Positions 9,572 through 19,704 of a DNA stretch of 64,000 nt are shown here, one piece after another. Under the pieces are notes generated by a model that was given only the letters and a program-made list of their open reading frames with translations, was not told the origin of the DNA and made no database searches. Both the position numbers and the translations under genes were made by a program. Origin of the DNA: Minisyncoccota bacterium (GTDB lineage Bacteria; Patescibacteriota; Minisyncoccia; Phycocordibacterales; GCA-2401445); NCBI GenBank assembly GCA_040879725.1, contig JBBDJV010000020.1, positions 9,086-73,085 on the forward strand, written 5' to 3'. Each line of letters opens with the position of its first letter. Position 1 is the first letter of the stretch.

Positions 9572-10484
9572 ATGCATCTAACGCAAGTTGTGCGAGAGCA
9601 AGCGCTCCTTCTTTTGTTTTTGTCGCCGCGATAAATAGCTTATTATGACAGAAGAATGCATCAGAAACTCCGGTTACTTCTGCCATCTCAGTATCACGCA
9701 GTCCTCCCCATGCTTCCGGTAGATTTTTTCTATTTTCAAAACCAGTATCATTTTTACGAACTGTATATACATGCCAGCCGTTTAGAGGGTTTCTGTCAGG
9801 AAGCACAACAAAAAGAATGTCCTTGTATTTTTCTGCCACTCTTTTCCATGGTATGAATTGATCAAGTACGAGCAGTCGTTTGTCTGACGCACTGGTGTAT
9901 GCGTCTTCTGCAATTCTATTCCCCTCAGACCTATCTTTACCAACAGAAATTTCTCGCTCAATCAAGCTCTCCGCAAAAGAAAGAAGTTCAAGAAATACGT
10001 CGTCCTCACTGTCTTCAACCTCTTTCCATGTGGGAACCTTAGAAGCAACATAGCTAGATATGGTATAGGGCGCAACACCACTGTACACCGAAGTGAAAAT
10101 ATCATCTCCGTTATCATCCGCATCTGTTGGAGCAACAAGTTTTTCATCTATCCTATTTGCAACCTCTTCAGATCCACAGAGTATTGTCCCGTATTCTTTC
10201 CATAGTAAACCAAACGAGGCGTAAGAAATACCGTTTTCTCTTTTACCCGCTCCACCGACTTGATGGTGGTCAAACCGTTTTCGCTTTGGATCATATTCAC
10301 CCCCGACATCAAGAACATAATCACCCTTCTCAATAACGCTCACGTCTCTGGTTCTTACTATATGTATCGCATCACGAGGTATTCCTTCACGTTTAAACGC
10401 AAGTAGTAGCACAGCTGTCCCGAATATATCGTCAGCATGGAACCCCCCGTTATGTGTCACTACTGTTATTGGTTTGTGTGTCAT
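9570..10484 (-). CDS. MYG1 family metal-dependent hydrolase/exonuclease
   Basis: THNGGFHADD, RTRD, DVGGEYDP..RFDHHQ, LPEAWGGLRD, FCHNKLFI. Confidence 0.93.
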   Translation of the reverse strand: MTHKPITVVTHNGGFHADDIFGTAVLLLAFKREGIPRDAIHIVRTRDVSVIEKGDYVLDVGGEYDPKRKRFDHHQVGGAGKRENGISYASFGLLWKEYGTILCGSEEVANRIDEKLVAPTDADDNGDDIFTSVYSGVAPYTISSYVASKVPTWKEVEDSEDDVFLELLSFAESLIEREISVGKDRSEGNRIAEDAYTSASDKRLLVLDQFIPWKRVAEKYKDILFVVLPDRNPLNGWHVYTVRKNDTGFENRKNLPEAWGGLRDTEMAEVTGVSDAFFCHNKLFIAATKTKEGALALAQLALDA

Positions 10485-11175
10485 TTTTTCTTAAATATTT
10501 ATAGCTATAGAGCGTTATTCCAAATAGTAGCACACCTGCTAAAAGTACCACAACAAGGCCGGTAATGTCCCCTGAATAAGCGCTTTTTCCGGCATACGTA
10601 TATATAAACGAGAACGGTATAATTCCGATAAGCGTCGCGAGCATAAACTTCTTAAACGATATTGTACTTACTATACCGAGCGCGTAGGATAAAACATCGA
10701 CCGGTAGCATCATTCGAAGAAAAACAATTGCCCAGAATTCACCTTTTTCAGGAATTATCTTTTGGTACCACACAAGCAACTTATCAGACAAAAAATAGCG
10801 CACTGCCGGTCTTCCGTACTTTCGCGCGATAATAAACGCAATACCAGACCCTATTTCCCAAGCAATAATACTTGCTATACTGGCAACCAACGGACCAAAG
10901 ATTGCTCCCGCAACAGGAATTAGTGGCGCGAGGGTAATCGGCGCAACAACCGTCGCAACCACCATAAGAAACATATAAATCAGCAAACCTCCCCGAGTAT
11001 CATTCTCAACTAATGTTTTTAAGTAATTAAACGGCTCATGCCAGAACAATGGAATAACCATTATCCCTATAAGCAAAATTGAAAATAAACCGTATTTTAG
11101 AGATAGGAAATTTTTCGGCTGAGTATCCACAACTTCTCTATGAGTGGAGCTCTGGCTGTCGTCTTCCCGATTCAT
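10450..11175 (-). CDS. TVP38/TMEM64 (VTT/DedA, SNARE-associated) membrane protein
   Basis: GAIFGP...GSGIAFIIARKYGR, FLRMMLPVDVLSYALG, FMLATLIGIIP. Confidence 0.85.
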   Translation of the reverse strand: MNREDDSQSSTHREVVDTQPKNFLSLKYGLFSILLIGIMVIPLFWHEPFNYLKTLVENDTRGGLLIYMFLMVVATVVAPITLAPLIPVAGAIFGPLVASIASIIAWEIGSGIAFIIARKYGRPAVRYFLSDKLLVWYQKIIPEKGEFWAIVFLRMMLPVDVLSYALGIVSTISFKKFMLATLIGIIPFSFIYTYAGKSAYSGDITGLVVVLLAGVLLFGITLYSYKYLRKNDTQTNNSSDT

Positions 11176-11518
11176 TCACTTTATCCAAAAACTTGTAAAG
11201 TAAGCCAGTTAGAAGAGAGAGGAGAAGCGACGCGACAAATGCGGAAAGGAATCCACTTACTGCGAACCCATCTACAAATGATGCAACGAACCAGAAAAGC
11301 AAGCCGTTTAGTACAAGCGAGAAAAGACCAAGGGTTACTATCGTTATTGGTAGCGTCAGAATAAAAAGAATCGGCTTTACCAATATGTTAATAACACCAA
11401 AAATAACAGACACTATTAGCGCGATGTAAAATGAACTAACCTCAAGACCGGGAAGAAACTCCGCCAATAGAAAGAGCGCGAGCGCTGAAAGTAGTAAACG
11501 TGCGACTAAATAAAACAT
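11138..11518 (-). CDS. Phage holin family (YvlD/DUF360) 4-TM membrane protein
   Basis: NILVKPILFILTLPITIVTLGLFSLVLNG signature. Confidence 0.9.
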   Translation of the reverse strand: MFYLVARLLLSALALFLLAEFLPGLEVSSFYIALIVSVIFGVINILVKPILFILTLPITIVTLGLFSLVLNGLLFWFVASFVDGFAVSGFLSAFVASLLLSLLTGLLYKFLDKVNESGRRQPELHS

Positions 11519-11556
11519 ATTTAGTTAGTATACCTAAAAATGATAAAAATACTACA

Positions 11557-13548
11557 CTACTCTTCCCTCACCGGATAACAAACACTACAAAAGCCCAGTT
11601 CCTCCATTTTTTCCAAATAGGCAATAATAGTAAGCACGTACTCAGCATGACTCCACGTAAGTGGAGCTACTGACATCGGATCACCGGTGTGTGGATTTAG
11701 CTGTTCAGAGAGCATTCCCGCAGATGTAGCACAAGACTTTGTCCATCCGAGCTTTTCTACTATTCTCTCCATATCCTCCTTATTTTTGGCACGAGCTATT
11801 TCATAGCGAACCATCCAAAGTGTGGTTACAAACCAAGGATTGCCCGGCGTGTCATCGCTTACTTTAAAATATTTATCACCTTCATATCGCACAATGCCTC
11901 CGATGCGAGTCTTGCATTGTAGTTTGTCATACACAATTGATGCTCCTTCTCTCATCTTCGGTTCATCAATATCGAGCACCCCAAAACGATACAAGCCGTA
12001 GAAACTACTTACATCGATAGTTGTGTCACGCTCTAACTCTCCGTTATCATTTACTCGAACTAGCTTATCAAAAAACTTTGTCTCAGGGTTATACAAATGC
12101 GTGAGTATTGCTTCTTTTAGTTCCCCTGCTCTATTTTCATACCGTAGTGCATCATCTTCTTTACCAAGCAGTCGTGCAAACTGCGCCGCTGAATTAAGGG
12201 CCCCGTATACCACACACGCAGTATATGTTGAGATACCATGCTTCTCTTCCCATAAATCATAGCTCGGTAACGGAAGACGCGTTTTCTCTTCTACGTACGT
12301 GCAGAAAAATTCTGTCGCATGTTTAATGAATGAATTATAGATTTCTTCTATAAACTCAAGGTCTTTACTCACGCGATAGTGGTCCCAGAGTGTTACAACC
12401 ACAAGCGCGGTTTCATCTTCCTGAATTGCCAACTGCTTTTTTCCATTTTTCCACCACGGATGCCAAGAGCTTCCCACAGAATGGTCTGGGCGATACTTAT
12501 GGAGTAAATATCCTTCAGGAGTAATTACCTTATTACAAAATTCATAAAACTTCTTAGCGGTGTAATTGTATCCCGCTTTATCAAGTGCGAGCGACACATA
12601 CGCTCCATCTCTTGGCCATGAGTACGCATACGCATCATGTCCATACTGCATAATGTCAGAATCTCCGGACGCAAGAATAGATCCTCTGTTATCTACGTGA
12701 GTACGGATAATAAACAAAGATTTTTTAAACAAATCAATCAAATCCGGGGTCAAACCTTCAAACGTGAAATTCCTTTTATGCGCCCACGCATACCAAAAAT
12801 CTATAGTTGTTTCTATGAGGTGTTGTGGTTTTTTATTAAGCACATACTCATTGAGTTCTATTGCTTCGTGAATAAGTTCTGTCGCGGTAAACCAATACAT
12901 TACCTCATCGGAAGCAAACCCTTCAATCTCGAGAGTAAAACCAACCGTTGAATCAACCGAACCATGCTCAATCGGGTTTTTGGTTAGTTCTCCATCTTCA
13001 GCATCTTTCCATGTTCCCTCTTTTCCGGAAACTCCGAGTAAACCAACGGTAAAATCATCGAACCCTTTTTCACCATGTCTTCCATTTACCAAAAACACTC
13101 TCCTTCCTTTGTAGTGAATAATCGCATGCGCGTCCGGGTCGTAATATGCGGTAGAGGCGTGGTTTACTTCAGAAATATTGAACTGCTGGTTAAAGAATAT
13201 TTTAACTGTTCTCTTTCTATCAAAGTTATTTTCAACACGGATATGACGAAGAAAAACATTTTTCTCATTATAAATAACATCTTCAAAGTAAAGCGTAATA
13301 CCTTCACGGGTGTTCTTTGCAACCATAGCTGATGCCATTGTGTCATGTTGATAATCAATGAAAATACTCCACGACTGGTCTGAGATCCACGACATGTGAC
13401 CATCAACAAAAATACCGAGCTTATGTACGTACTCTGCTCCGGTATGGTTTTCCAATCCAACGTAAGGGTAGTAGAAATCCTTTACTCTGCCGAACACATC
13501 AAGGCAGATGAGCATATTACCGTTTCCAAGTGCAAGTGACCGAGGCAT
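11557..13548 (-). CDS. Glycoside hydrolase family 15 (glucoamylase-like)
   Basis: LGNG N-terminus, YSWPRDG, QEDET, DLWEE, LSEQ...PLTWSHAE. Confidence 0.92.
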   Translation of the reverse strand: MPRSLALGNGNMLICLDVFGRVKDFYYPYVGLENHTGAEYVHKLGIFVDGHMSWISDQSWSIFIDYQHDTMASAMVAKNTREGITLYFEDVIYNEKNVFLRHIRVENNFDRKRTVKIFFNQQFNISEVNHASTAYYDPDAHAIIHYKGRRVFLVNGRHGEKGFDDFTVGLLGVSGKEGTWKDAEDGELTKNPIEHGSVDSTVGFTLEIEGFASDEVMYWFTATELIHEAIELNEYVLNKKPQHLIETTIDFWYAWAHKRNFTFEGLTPDLIDLFKKSLFIIRTHVDNRGSILASGDSDIMQYGHDAYAYSWPRDGAYVSLALDKAGYNYTAKKFYEFCNKVITPEGYLLHKYRPDHSVGSSWHPWWKNGKKQLAIQEDETALVVVTLWDHYRVSKDLEFIEEIYNSFIKHATEFFCTYVEEKTRLPLPSYDLWEEKHGISTYTACVVYGALNSAAQFARLLGKEDDALRYENRAGELKEAILTHLYNPETKFFDKLVRVNDNGELERDTTIDVSSFYGLYRFGVLDIDEPKMREGASIVYDKLQCKTRIGGIVRYEGDKYFKVSDDTPGNPWFVTTLWMVRYEIARAKNKEDMERIVEKLGWTKSCATSAGMLSEQLNPHTGDPMSVAPLTWSHAEYVLTIIAYLEKMEELGFCSVCYPVREE

Positions 13549-14105
13549 TATTCTTCAATATGTTTACGCACAGCTTCAATCGCTTTTCCTCTATCGGTGA
13601 TATCGCAGAGACCATTTGCACACTCAGTATCCTCAAGGACTTCGTTTATCCATCTGACAAAGTCATTTCTCTTTCCCTCAACATGGTGATTAAACTGCTC
13701 ATCGCTGATTGCTTCAAGAGCATTTCTAAACTCCATAAGGTTTTTTACTGCTGGTCCGTTATTAAAATGAAACTTAGCTTCTTCTGGAGCTTCCTTGAGT
13801 GTTTTCTTTTTGCTTTTTGTGTGCTTTGAGTCCTTAGCAGGAGCATCGTCAGACTCTTCTCGTATTTTTAGTTTTACCGCCTCACTTTTTCCTTCCGTAT
13901 CTTTTGCATGGGTGTCTTTTGTTTCCGATTCGGTGTGTACGGCAACTTTTTTTGCGCGTGCACCAGCCTTTTCCACCACAGTTACGTGATGCATCATATC
14001 TTTTGTATGTGTTTCGGTTTCAGTGGATTCACTATTTTGCGCCTGTGTATTTCCTCCAACAATGCGCCCCGAAACTTTTATCGGTACAATTTTATATTTA
14101 CCCAT
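13548..14105 (-). CDS. Low-complexity N-terminus plus DUF5752-like C-terminal domain
   Basis: FHFNNG..VKNL.EF..AL..ISDEQF.HHV...RNDF.RWI.EVL.D pattern. Confidence 0.7.
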   Translation of the reverse strand: MGKYKIVPIKVSGRIVGGNTQAQNSESTETETHTKDMMHHVTVVEKAGARAKKVAVHTESETKDTHAKDTEGKSEAVKLKIREESDDAPAKDSKHTKSKKKTLKEAPEEAKFHFNNGPAVKNLMEFRNALEAISDEQFNHHVEGKRNDFVRWINEVLEDTECANGLCDITDRGKAIEAVRKHIEE

Positions 14106-14123
14106 AGTATTTAGTATGTAAAA

Positions 14124-15404
14124 TTACGCTTCCGTAAACTGATTATATACTGCTTTGTAGTTTTCTCGAAGGCGACTTTTCCACTCTCGCACATCAAGTT
14201 GCTTTTCTTTTTTATCTCCAACTCTCAAACGCAAGTCTTTAAGTGCGTTCATGTACGCGATAAACGCTTCGTAGGGAGAATCATATGGACTAAAGTACGC
14301 ATGCACATCTCCATCAGCAAACCACTTTGTGCACATGTAATAAAAATGATCTGACGTGGTTAGTTTTCTCCATGTATCAAGTAGTGACATGTCTCCTGTG
14401 CTGTATACATCATCTCGCATTTCGTAAATTGCCTGAAGCGCGTCATGCTGAATTGAGTTTGATCTCCATGCGGAAAGGTCACGGTCTACGTCTGCCCACG
14501 AAACATAGTACGGAATATCAAGCTCGCCGACAGACTGATATCTCTCGATTGCCTCTGTTGGAGTAACGAAATTATTATCCGGATGTTTGTAAACTTCATT
14601 TGGAAGCGCGCGCAAGAAATTGAATATACCCGTATCCTCCCACTGATGTTCTCCGAATGTTTCGTAGTCCATGAAAAGATTTATCACATCACCCGATCCA
14701 TTGTGTCCCGCTACCCAATTTCCAAATTTTTCAGCAGTAAGAGGATACTCATCCCATTCCTTTGAACCGAATCGAAACGCAATATCATCAGACAGCTTAT
14801 AATTCTTAAGCATCAGTCCAAGTGACGTTGTTCCTTGTGGCCGATAGATAAAATTAGGACTTCTCCACCCAAGCACATGGTCCGCGCCTTCAGCGATAAT
14901 CCCTTTGTAACCCATTTTTTCAACTTCGTGCGCTATGTCATTGCGATATATTAGCTCGGTGTTTCTAAACACGGTTGGTGTAACTCCAAATACTTCACGC
15001 ACTTTATCACGGTGCATACGTACCTGTTCTCTAAACTCATCAAGAGAATATAAAAATGAAAGTGAATGGTAATACGTTTCTTGCAATATCTCAACCCGCC
15101 CTGTCGCAACAAGTTTTTTGAAAGATTCGAGAACCTCCGGATGATACTCTTCAAACTGCTCAAGTGCGGTACCTGAAATAGAGTAACTTATTTTAAACTC
15201 AGGATGCTCATTAAGAAGCTCAAGTAAAAGCTTATTTGTTGGCAGATAACATTTATCCGCAACCTTATGCATTATTTTTCTATTGTTTACTTTACTGTCT
15301 CCGTCATCATTAAAGTAATGAGGGTCACTACCAATATCAAATATACGATACCGCTTTACCCGGTATGGCTGGTGCACTTGAAAGTAGAAGCAGACTGATG
15401 TCAT
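14124..15404 (-). CDS. Glycoside hydrolase family 57 (alpha-amylase-like)
   Basis: FQVHQP, ETYYHSL, FRNTEL, FMDYETFGEH, SWAD, TSDHFYYM. Confidence 0.93.
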   Translation of the reverse strand: MTSVCFYFQVHQPYRVKRYRIFDIGSDPHYFNDDGDSKVNNRKIMHKVADKCYLPTNKLLLELLNEHPEFKISYSISGTALEQFEEYHPEVLESFKKLVATGRVEILQETYYHSLSFLYSLDEFREQVRMHRDKVREVFGVTPTVFRNTELIYRNDIAHEVEKMGYKGIIAEGADHVLGWRSPNFIYRPQGTTSLGLMLKNYKLSDDIAFRFGSKEWDEYPLTAEKFGNWVAGHNGSGDVINLFMDYETFGEHQWEDTGIFNFLRALPNEVYKHPDNNFVTPTEAIERYQSVGELDIPYYVSWADVDRDLSAWRSNSIQHDALQAIYEMRDDVYSTGDMSLLDTWRKLTTSDHFYYMCTKWFADGDVHAYFSPYDSPYEAFIAYMNALKDLRLRVGDKKEKQLDVREWKSRLRENYKAVYNQFTEA

Positions 15405-16639
15405 ATTATTTGAATATTAGGGTGAGTAAGATTAGTATACACGTCTACACACTTTTTTGCCGCTCGCGACCACGAATACATGGCAACTTGCTTATTCCCA
15501 TGCTCCGCAAGTACTTCATGCAGTGACGGATGGTCAAGCAACGTAACGATTTTGTTTGTCATTTCATCAACATCCCAGAAATCAGCCTTAAGCGCGTGAG
15601 TAAGAATTTCTGAAACTCCGGATTGCTTTGATATAAGTACCGGTGTGCCATGAATAAGTGACTCGAGAGGCGTAATACCAAACGGTTCGGATACTGAAGG
15701 CATGACAAAGAGATCAGCGGATTTGTAGAGTGACTGAATTTCATTCGTATCTTTTACCCAACCGGTAAAAATAACTTTTTGTGAAATACCTCTGCGCGCC
15801 ACCTCTTGCATTATTTGTCCTTCCATATCTCCGGCTCCTGAAATAACAAAATAAGTATTCGGCCTAAACGCAAGTACACGCTCTGCAGTTTTTACAAAAT
15901 AATCAATTCCTTTTTGAAGTGTTATTCTCCCAAGTGAAAGTACAATTTTATTACCTTCCGCTTTTAGACGTGTCAGTGTTTCGTTTACCGTAACGCCGTG
16001 GTAGTCCTCCATATCAATTCCGTTATGAACCACTCGCACCTTTTCGGGTTGCGCTCCGTACTCTCGTTCAATAACTTGTTTCGTATATCCCGATACTGCG
16101 AGAACTACGTCGGCATTTTCAATACCTTTTTTCTCTATAGCGTACACTTTCTCATTTGCTCCATTACCACCTGATCTGTCGTACTCTGTTGCGTGTACGT
16201 GCAACACCAGTGGTTTATTTTTGAGTTTTGCCGCCACCATCCCAGCAGGAAATGAAAGCCAGTCATGCGCGTGTACGACATCGTACTCTTCTTTTTCTGC
16301 GAGTCTTTGAGCTCGGAGTGCGTACCTTTGAACTTCATCGAAAAGAGTCGCTCCGTAGAAATCTTTTTGCTCGCCACTTTCCTGAAGCATTTGCTGGTAC
16401 GATGCTGGGTTTGAATATCCGGAAAGCGCGGAATCGATTGTTCGTATTTTCAAATTTGGGAAATGGTCATCCGCAAAACGAAACTGCCAGTTACCCTGAG
16501 TACTCTCCATCCGTTTCGGCAATACAAAAGTTACTTCAGTCCCAGTTTGAGATAGAGCCCTAACAAGCCCGTGGCAAGCTACGCCAAGTCCACCATTTTT
16601 GTGTGGGGGAAACTCCCATCCAAACATGAGTACTTTCAT
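15401..16639 (-). CDS. GT4 glycosyltransferase (glycogen synthase-like)
   Basis: MFGWEFPP..GGLG, HAHDW, HVHATE, PSVSEPFGI. Confidence 0.9.
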   Translation of the reverse strand: MKVLMFGWEFPPHKNGGLGVACHGLVRALSQTGTEVTFVLPKRMESTQGNWQFRFADDHFPNLKIRTIDSALSGYSNPASYQQMLQESGEQKDFYGATLFDEVQRYALRAQRLAEKEEYDVVHAHDWLSFPAGMVAAKLKNKPLVLHVHATEYDRSGGNGANEKVYAIEKKGIENADVVLAVSGYTKQVIEREYGAQPEKVRVVHNGIDMEDYHGVTVNETLTRLKAEGNKIVLSLGRITLQKGIDYFVKTAERVLAFRPNTYFVISGAGDMEGQIMQEVARRGISQKVIFTGWVKDTNEIQSLYKSADLFVMPSVSEPFGITPLESLIHGTPVLISKQSGVSEILTHALKADFWDVDEMTNKIVTLLDHPSLHEVLAEHGNKQVAMYSWSRAAKKCVDVYTNLTHPNIQII

Positions 16640-16688
16640 GACCAAAAAAGTTTATTCACCACATAATTCACCTATATATTGTACAACG

Positions 16689-16723
16689 AAAAAACACACT
16701 GACCTGTGGAGAGTGTGTTTTTT
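16689..16723. terminator. Hairpin flanked by A6/T6 downstream of secA
   Basis: AAAAAACACACT...AGTGTGTTTTTT. Confidence 0.55.
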
Positions 16724-16742
16724 CAAAGCTTCAAATAGAGAG

Positions 16743-19271
16743 CTACTTGGAGACAATAACCCACCCCTCGTTCTTGATGAGGTTTTCGGCTTTTTTATAC
16801 TTCATTGTTTCTTGTTTTCCGTCTTTTTCAATGGTCACAACATCATTTCGGCCATATTTTGAGTCACCTTTTTCAACCACACCACTGCGGGTTATCATCT
16901 TTGCATTTTTCACCACGCTATTGGCTACTTTTAACTCAAGTGAGTTTGGACCAGCTCCTCCGGGTGAAAAATGTTCAAGTACGCGCTCAATCTGCCCATC
17001 TACTGAGTCATTGAATTCTTTGAACAAGCGCAATCCTTCCTTTTTATACTCAACAAGAGGGTCTCTCTGTCCGTACGCACGCAAGTTTACACTACTTCGC
17101 ATATAATCCATTACCTCGAGGTGCTCAATCCAATACATGTCGATTGTCTGTAGGTAAAGCTGTCTAAATGCTGTCCAGAAACGTTCTGGCTCAATTTCTG
17201 CTTTTATTTTTTCAATGTGACTGCGTGCAATTTCATTTTGCTGAAGTCGCTCTTCGAGTAATTCTTCGAGCTTTTCCTGATCAGCTAACAATATAGTTCT
17301 TCGTTTCTCATACACACTTCTTCTTTGCTGATTCAATACGTCGTCGTACTGAAGTACGTGCTTTCTGCTATCAAAGTAATGTCCTTCGATTTTCGTTTGA
17401 GCACTTTCAAGCGTTCGAGTAATCATCTTGTTTTCAATCGGCTGATCCTCTGGAATACCGAAACTTCCCATTACGCGTTTGAGTGTATCAGACGCAAAAA
17501 CTCGCATTAGATGGTCCTCAAGTGATACAAAGAACTGCGTTTCGCCCGGGTCTCCCTGTCGTCCTGAGCGACCTCGAAGCTGGTTGTCTATTCTGCGCGC
17601 TTCGTGTCTCTCGGTTGCAATTACGAACAATCCTCCCAAACTTTTCACTTCCTCGTATTCTTCCTCCGACCCTGGGTTACCTCCCAGCTTAACGTCCACT
17701 CCTCGCCCTGCCATATTGGTAGCAATGGTAACTTTGCCTTTTGTTCCCGCCTGCGCGATGATCTCTCCTTCTCTTTCATGGTTTTTTGCGTTCAATACTT
17801 CATGCGGTACGCCTTCTTTAGTGAGGTACGCGGAAAGTAGTTCGTTCTTCTCGATTGAAACCGTTCCTATCAAAACAGGTTGTCCTTTTGAGTGGAGCTC
17901 TTTAACTTTTTTTGCTATAGCACTAAACTTCCCTTTTTCAGTTTGAAAAATGAGATCATTCCTATCAATACGAGCAACCGGCTTGTTTGTTGGAACAATA
18001 ATGGTAAGCAGGCCGTACACTTTAAGAAACTCTTCCGATGAAGTAACAGCAGTACCTGTCATACCCGCAAGCTTGTCGTACATACGGAAATAGTTTTGAT
18101 ACGTAATCGAAGCAAATGTTCGCGTCTCTTTTTGAATGGGAACATTTTCTTTTGCTTCTATTGCTTGGTGCAGACCCTCAGACCATCTTCGCCCTGGTTG
18201 CAAACGTCCGGTAAATGGATCAACAATTACCACTTCTCCATTACGCACTACATACTCGATATCCTTTTTGAAAAGTGCTTTCGCGCGAACTGCTGTCTCA
18301 AGATGATGAACATACTTTATTCCTTTATCAGTATAAATATTTTCAACTCCAAGACTCTTTTCTGCTTTCTCAATACCGGAATCAGTAAGAGTAATAGCCT
18401 TTAGCTTTTCATCCACTTCAAAATCTTCTCCCGTTTTAAGCGTACCGGCAATACGAGCGAATTGAGTGTAGAAATCTTCAGATTCTCCTGCTGGTGCTGA
18501 AATAATAAGCGGAGTTCTCGCTTCATCGATAAGAATGGAGTCTATTTCATCGACAATCGCAAGGTTGTGTCCTCTTTGGCGTATTTTATTTTTATCGTAT
18601 TCAATATTGTCACGCAGATAGTCAAAGCCAAACTGACTATTTGTTCCATATGTTATATCGGCAAGGTACGCTTCTTTTCGCGTACACGGACGAAGGTATT
18701 CATAGCGAACTTTAAACGATCCAAGTGTATCTCGAAGTTCATCTATCTCTTCTCCTTCAGGTATGGTGTGTTCCGGATCATAAATATATGATTCATCACC
18801 ACTGATTATTCCGACGCTTAATCCAAGGAAACTGTACACCTGGCCCATCCACACAGCGTCACGTCGAGCAAGGTAATCATTTACCGTTACCACATGCACA
18901 CCTTTTTCTGTTAGTGCGTTTAAGTATGCAGGAAGTGTTGCAACAAGAGTCTTACCTTCACCGGTTCGCATTTCTGCAATTCCTCTTTCATGCAAAATCA
19001 TTCCTCCAATAAGCTGAACATCGAAATGTCTCTGCTCAAGTGTTCGTTTGGAAGCTTCCCGGACAAGCGCAAACGCTTCCGCGAGAAGATCATCGAGTGT
19101 GCTTCCATCTTTAATCTTCTCCTTTAACTTCTCTGTTTCTTTTACAAAGTCCGCATCGGAAAGTGCACTAAAACGGCTTTCCAGAGCGTTAATTTGTTCC
19201 ACCTTTGGTTGAAGGCGTTTGAGAGCTTGTGAAGTTTCGTCACCAAATATTTTTGCGAATAAACCTGCCAT
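16743..19271 (-). CDS. secA: Preprotein translocase subunit SecA
   Basis: MRTGEGKT, VTVNDYLA, DEIDSILIDEART, ATNMAGRG, QLRGRSGRQGDPG; real start MAGLFAKIFG at 19271 (the track's extension is spurious). Confidence 0.97.
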   Translation of the reverse strand: MAGLFAKIFGDETSQALKRLQPKVEQINALESRFSALSDADFVKETEKLKEKIKDGSTLDDLLAEAFALVREASKRTLEQRHFDVQLIGGMILHERGIAEMRTGEGKTLVATLPAYLNALTEKGVHVVTVNDYLARRDAVWMGQVYSFLGLSVGIISGDESYIYDPEHTIPEGEEIDELRDTLGSFKVRYEYLRPCTRKEAYLADITYGTNSQFGFDYLRDNIEYDKNKIRQRGHNLAIVDEIDSILIDEARTPLIISAPAGESEDFYTQFARIAGTLKTGEDFEVDEKLKAITLTDSGIEKAEKSLGVENIYTDKGIKYVHHLETAVRAKALFKKDIEYVVRNGEVVIVDPFTGRLQPGRRWSEGLHQAIEAKENVPIQKETRTFASITYQNYFRMYDKLAGMTGTAVTSSEEFLKVYGLLTIIVPTNKPVARIDRNDLIFQTEKGKFSAIAKKVKELHSKGQPVLIGTVSIEKNELLSAYLTKEGVPHEVLNAKNHEREGEIIAQAGTKGKVTIATNMAGRGVDVKLGGNPGSEEEYEEVKSLGGLFVIATERHEARRIDNQLRGRSGRQGDPGETQFFVSLEDHLMRVFASDTLKRVMGSFGIPEDQPIENKMITRTLESAQTKIEGHYFDSRKHVLQYDDVLNQQRRSVYEKRRTILLADQEKLEELLEERLQQNEIARSHIEKIKAEIEPERFWTAFRQLYLQTIDMYWIEHLEVMDYMRSSVNLRAYGQRDPLVEYKKEGLRLFKEFNDSVDGQIERVLEHFSPGGAGPNSLELKVANSVVKNAKMITRSGVVEKGDSKYGRNDVVTIEKDGKQETMKYKKAENLIKNEGWVIVSK

Positions 19272-19296
19272 AGAGCTGATATAGTAGCATAAATAT

Positions 19297-19334
19297 AAAA
19301 AACCTCCCAGACGTGAATCTGGGAGGTTTTTTTT
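19297..19334. terminator. Intrinsic terminator (potentially bidirectional) after the histone-like gene
   Basis: A6-CCTCCCAGA-N6-TCTGGGAGG-T8. Confidence 0.8.
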
Positions 19335-19341
19335 GAAAGAC

Positions 19342-19497
19342 CTATCGCTTCTTCTTAGCAGGCTTTCGCTTTGTTGTCTTCTTCGCAGCCTTCTTTTTTG
19401 CAGGCTTTCGCTTTGTTGTTTTCTTAGCCACCTTCTTCTTAGCTGGCTTTCGCTTAGCAACTTTCTTCTTAGTTGCCTTTTTCTTTTTTGCTGGCAT
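19342..19497 (-). CDS. Histone H1-like Lys/Ala-rich protein (51 aa)
   Basis: Below ORF-track cutoff: MPAKKKKATKKKVAKRKPAKKKVAKKTTKRKPAKKKAAKKTTKRKPAKKKR; repeats vary at synonymous positions. Confidence 0.85.
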   Translation of the reverse strand: MPAKKKKATKKKVAKRKPAKKKVAKKTTKRKPAKKKAAKKTTKRKPAKKKR

Positions 19498-19704
19498 GTT
19501 TATTTTTTATTATTGATAACGGAGTGTGTTTTTACTTGTCGACCCTCCTCACCTGAGAAGCCTAAAACGCAAGCAAGCACACTTCTGTATCCTTATTATC
19601 GTACACGGTTGTGTTTGCTTCAATACAAAAAAATATTTTTTTGTGGATAACTTTTTTTCAGAAAAAATTTTTAAAATATTTTTTTGTAAAAAATAAATTT
19701 AATT

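Noticed and set aside
11138-11518. Holin as evidence of a prophage
   Set aside because: The YvlD/DUF360 family is commonly chromosomal and no other phage genes are adjacent
19272-19460. N-terminal extension of SecA in the ORF track (MLSESQLRRRW...)
   Set aside because: It is an off-frame reading of the histone-like gene and crosses a terminator; SecA-like sequence begins at MAGLFAKIFG (19271)
19642-19650. Perfect DnaA box (TGTGGATAA) beside an AT-rich tract, possible oriC
   Set aside because: Only one box was seen, with no dnaA/dnaN nearby and no switch in gene orientation
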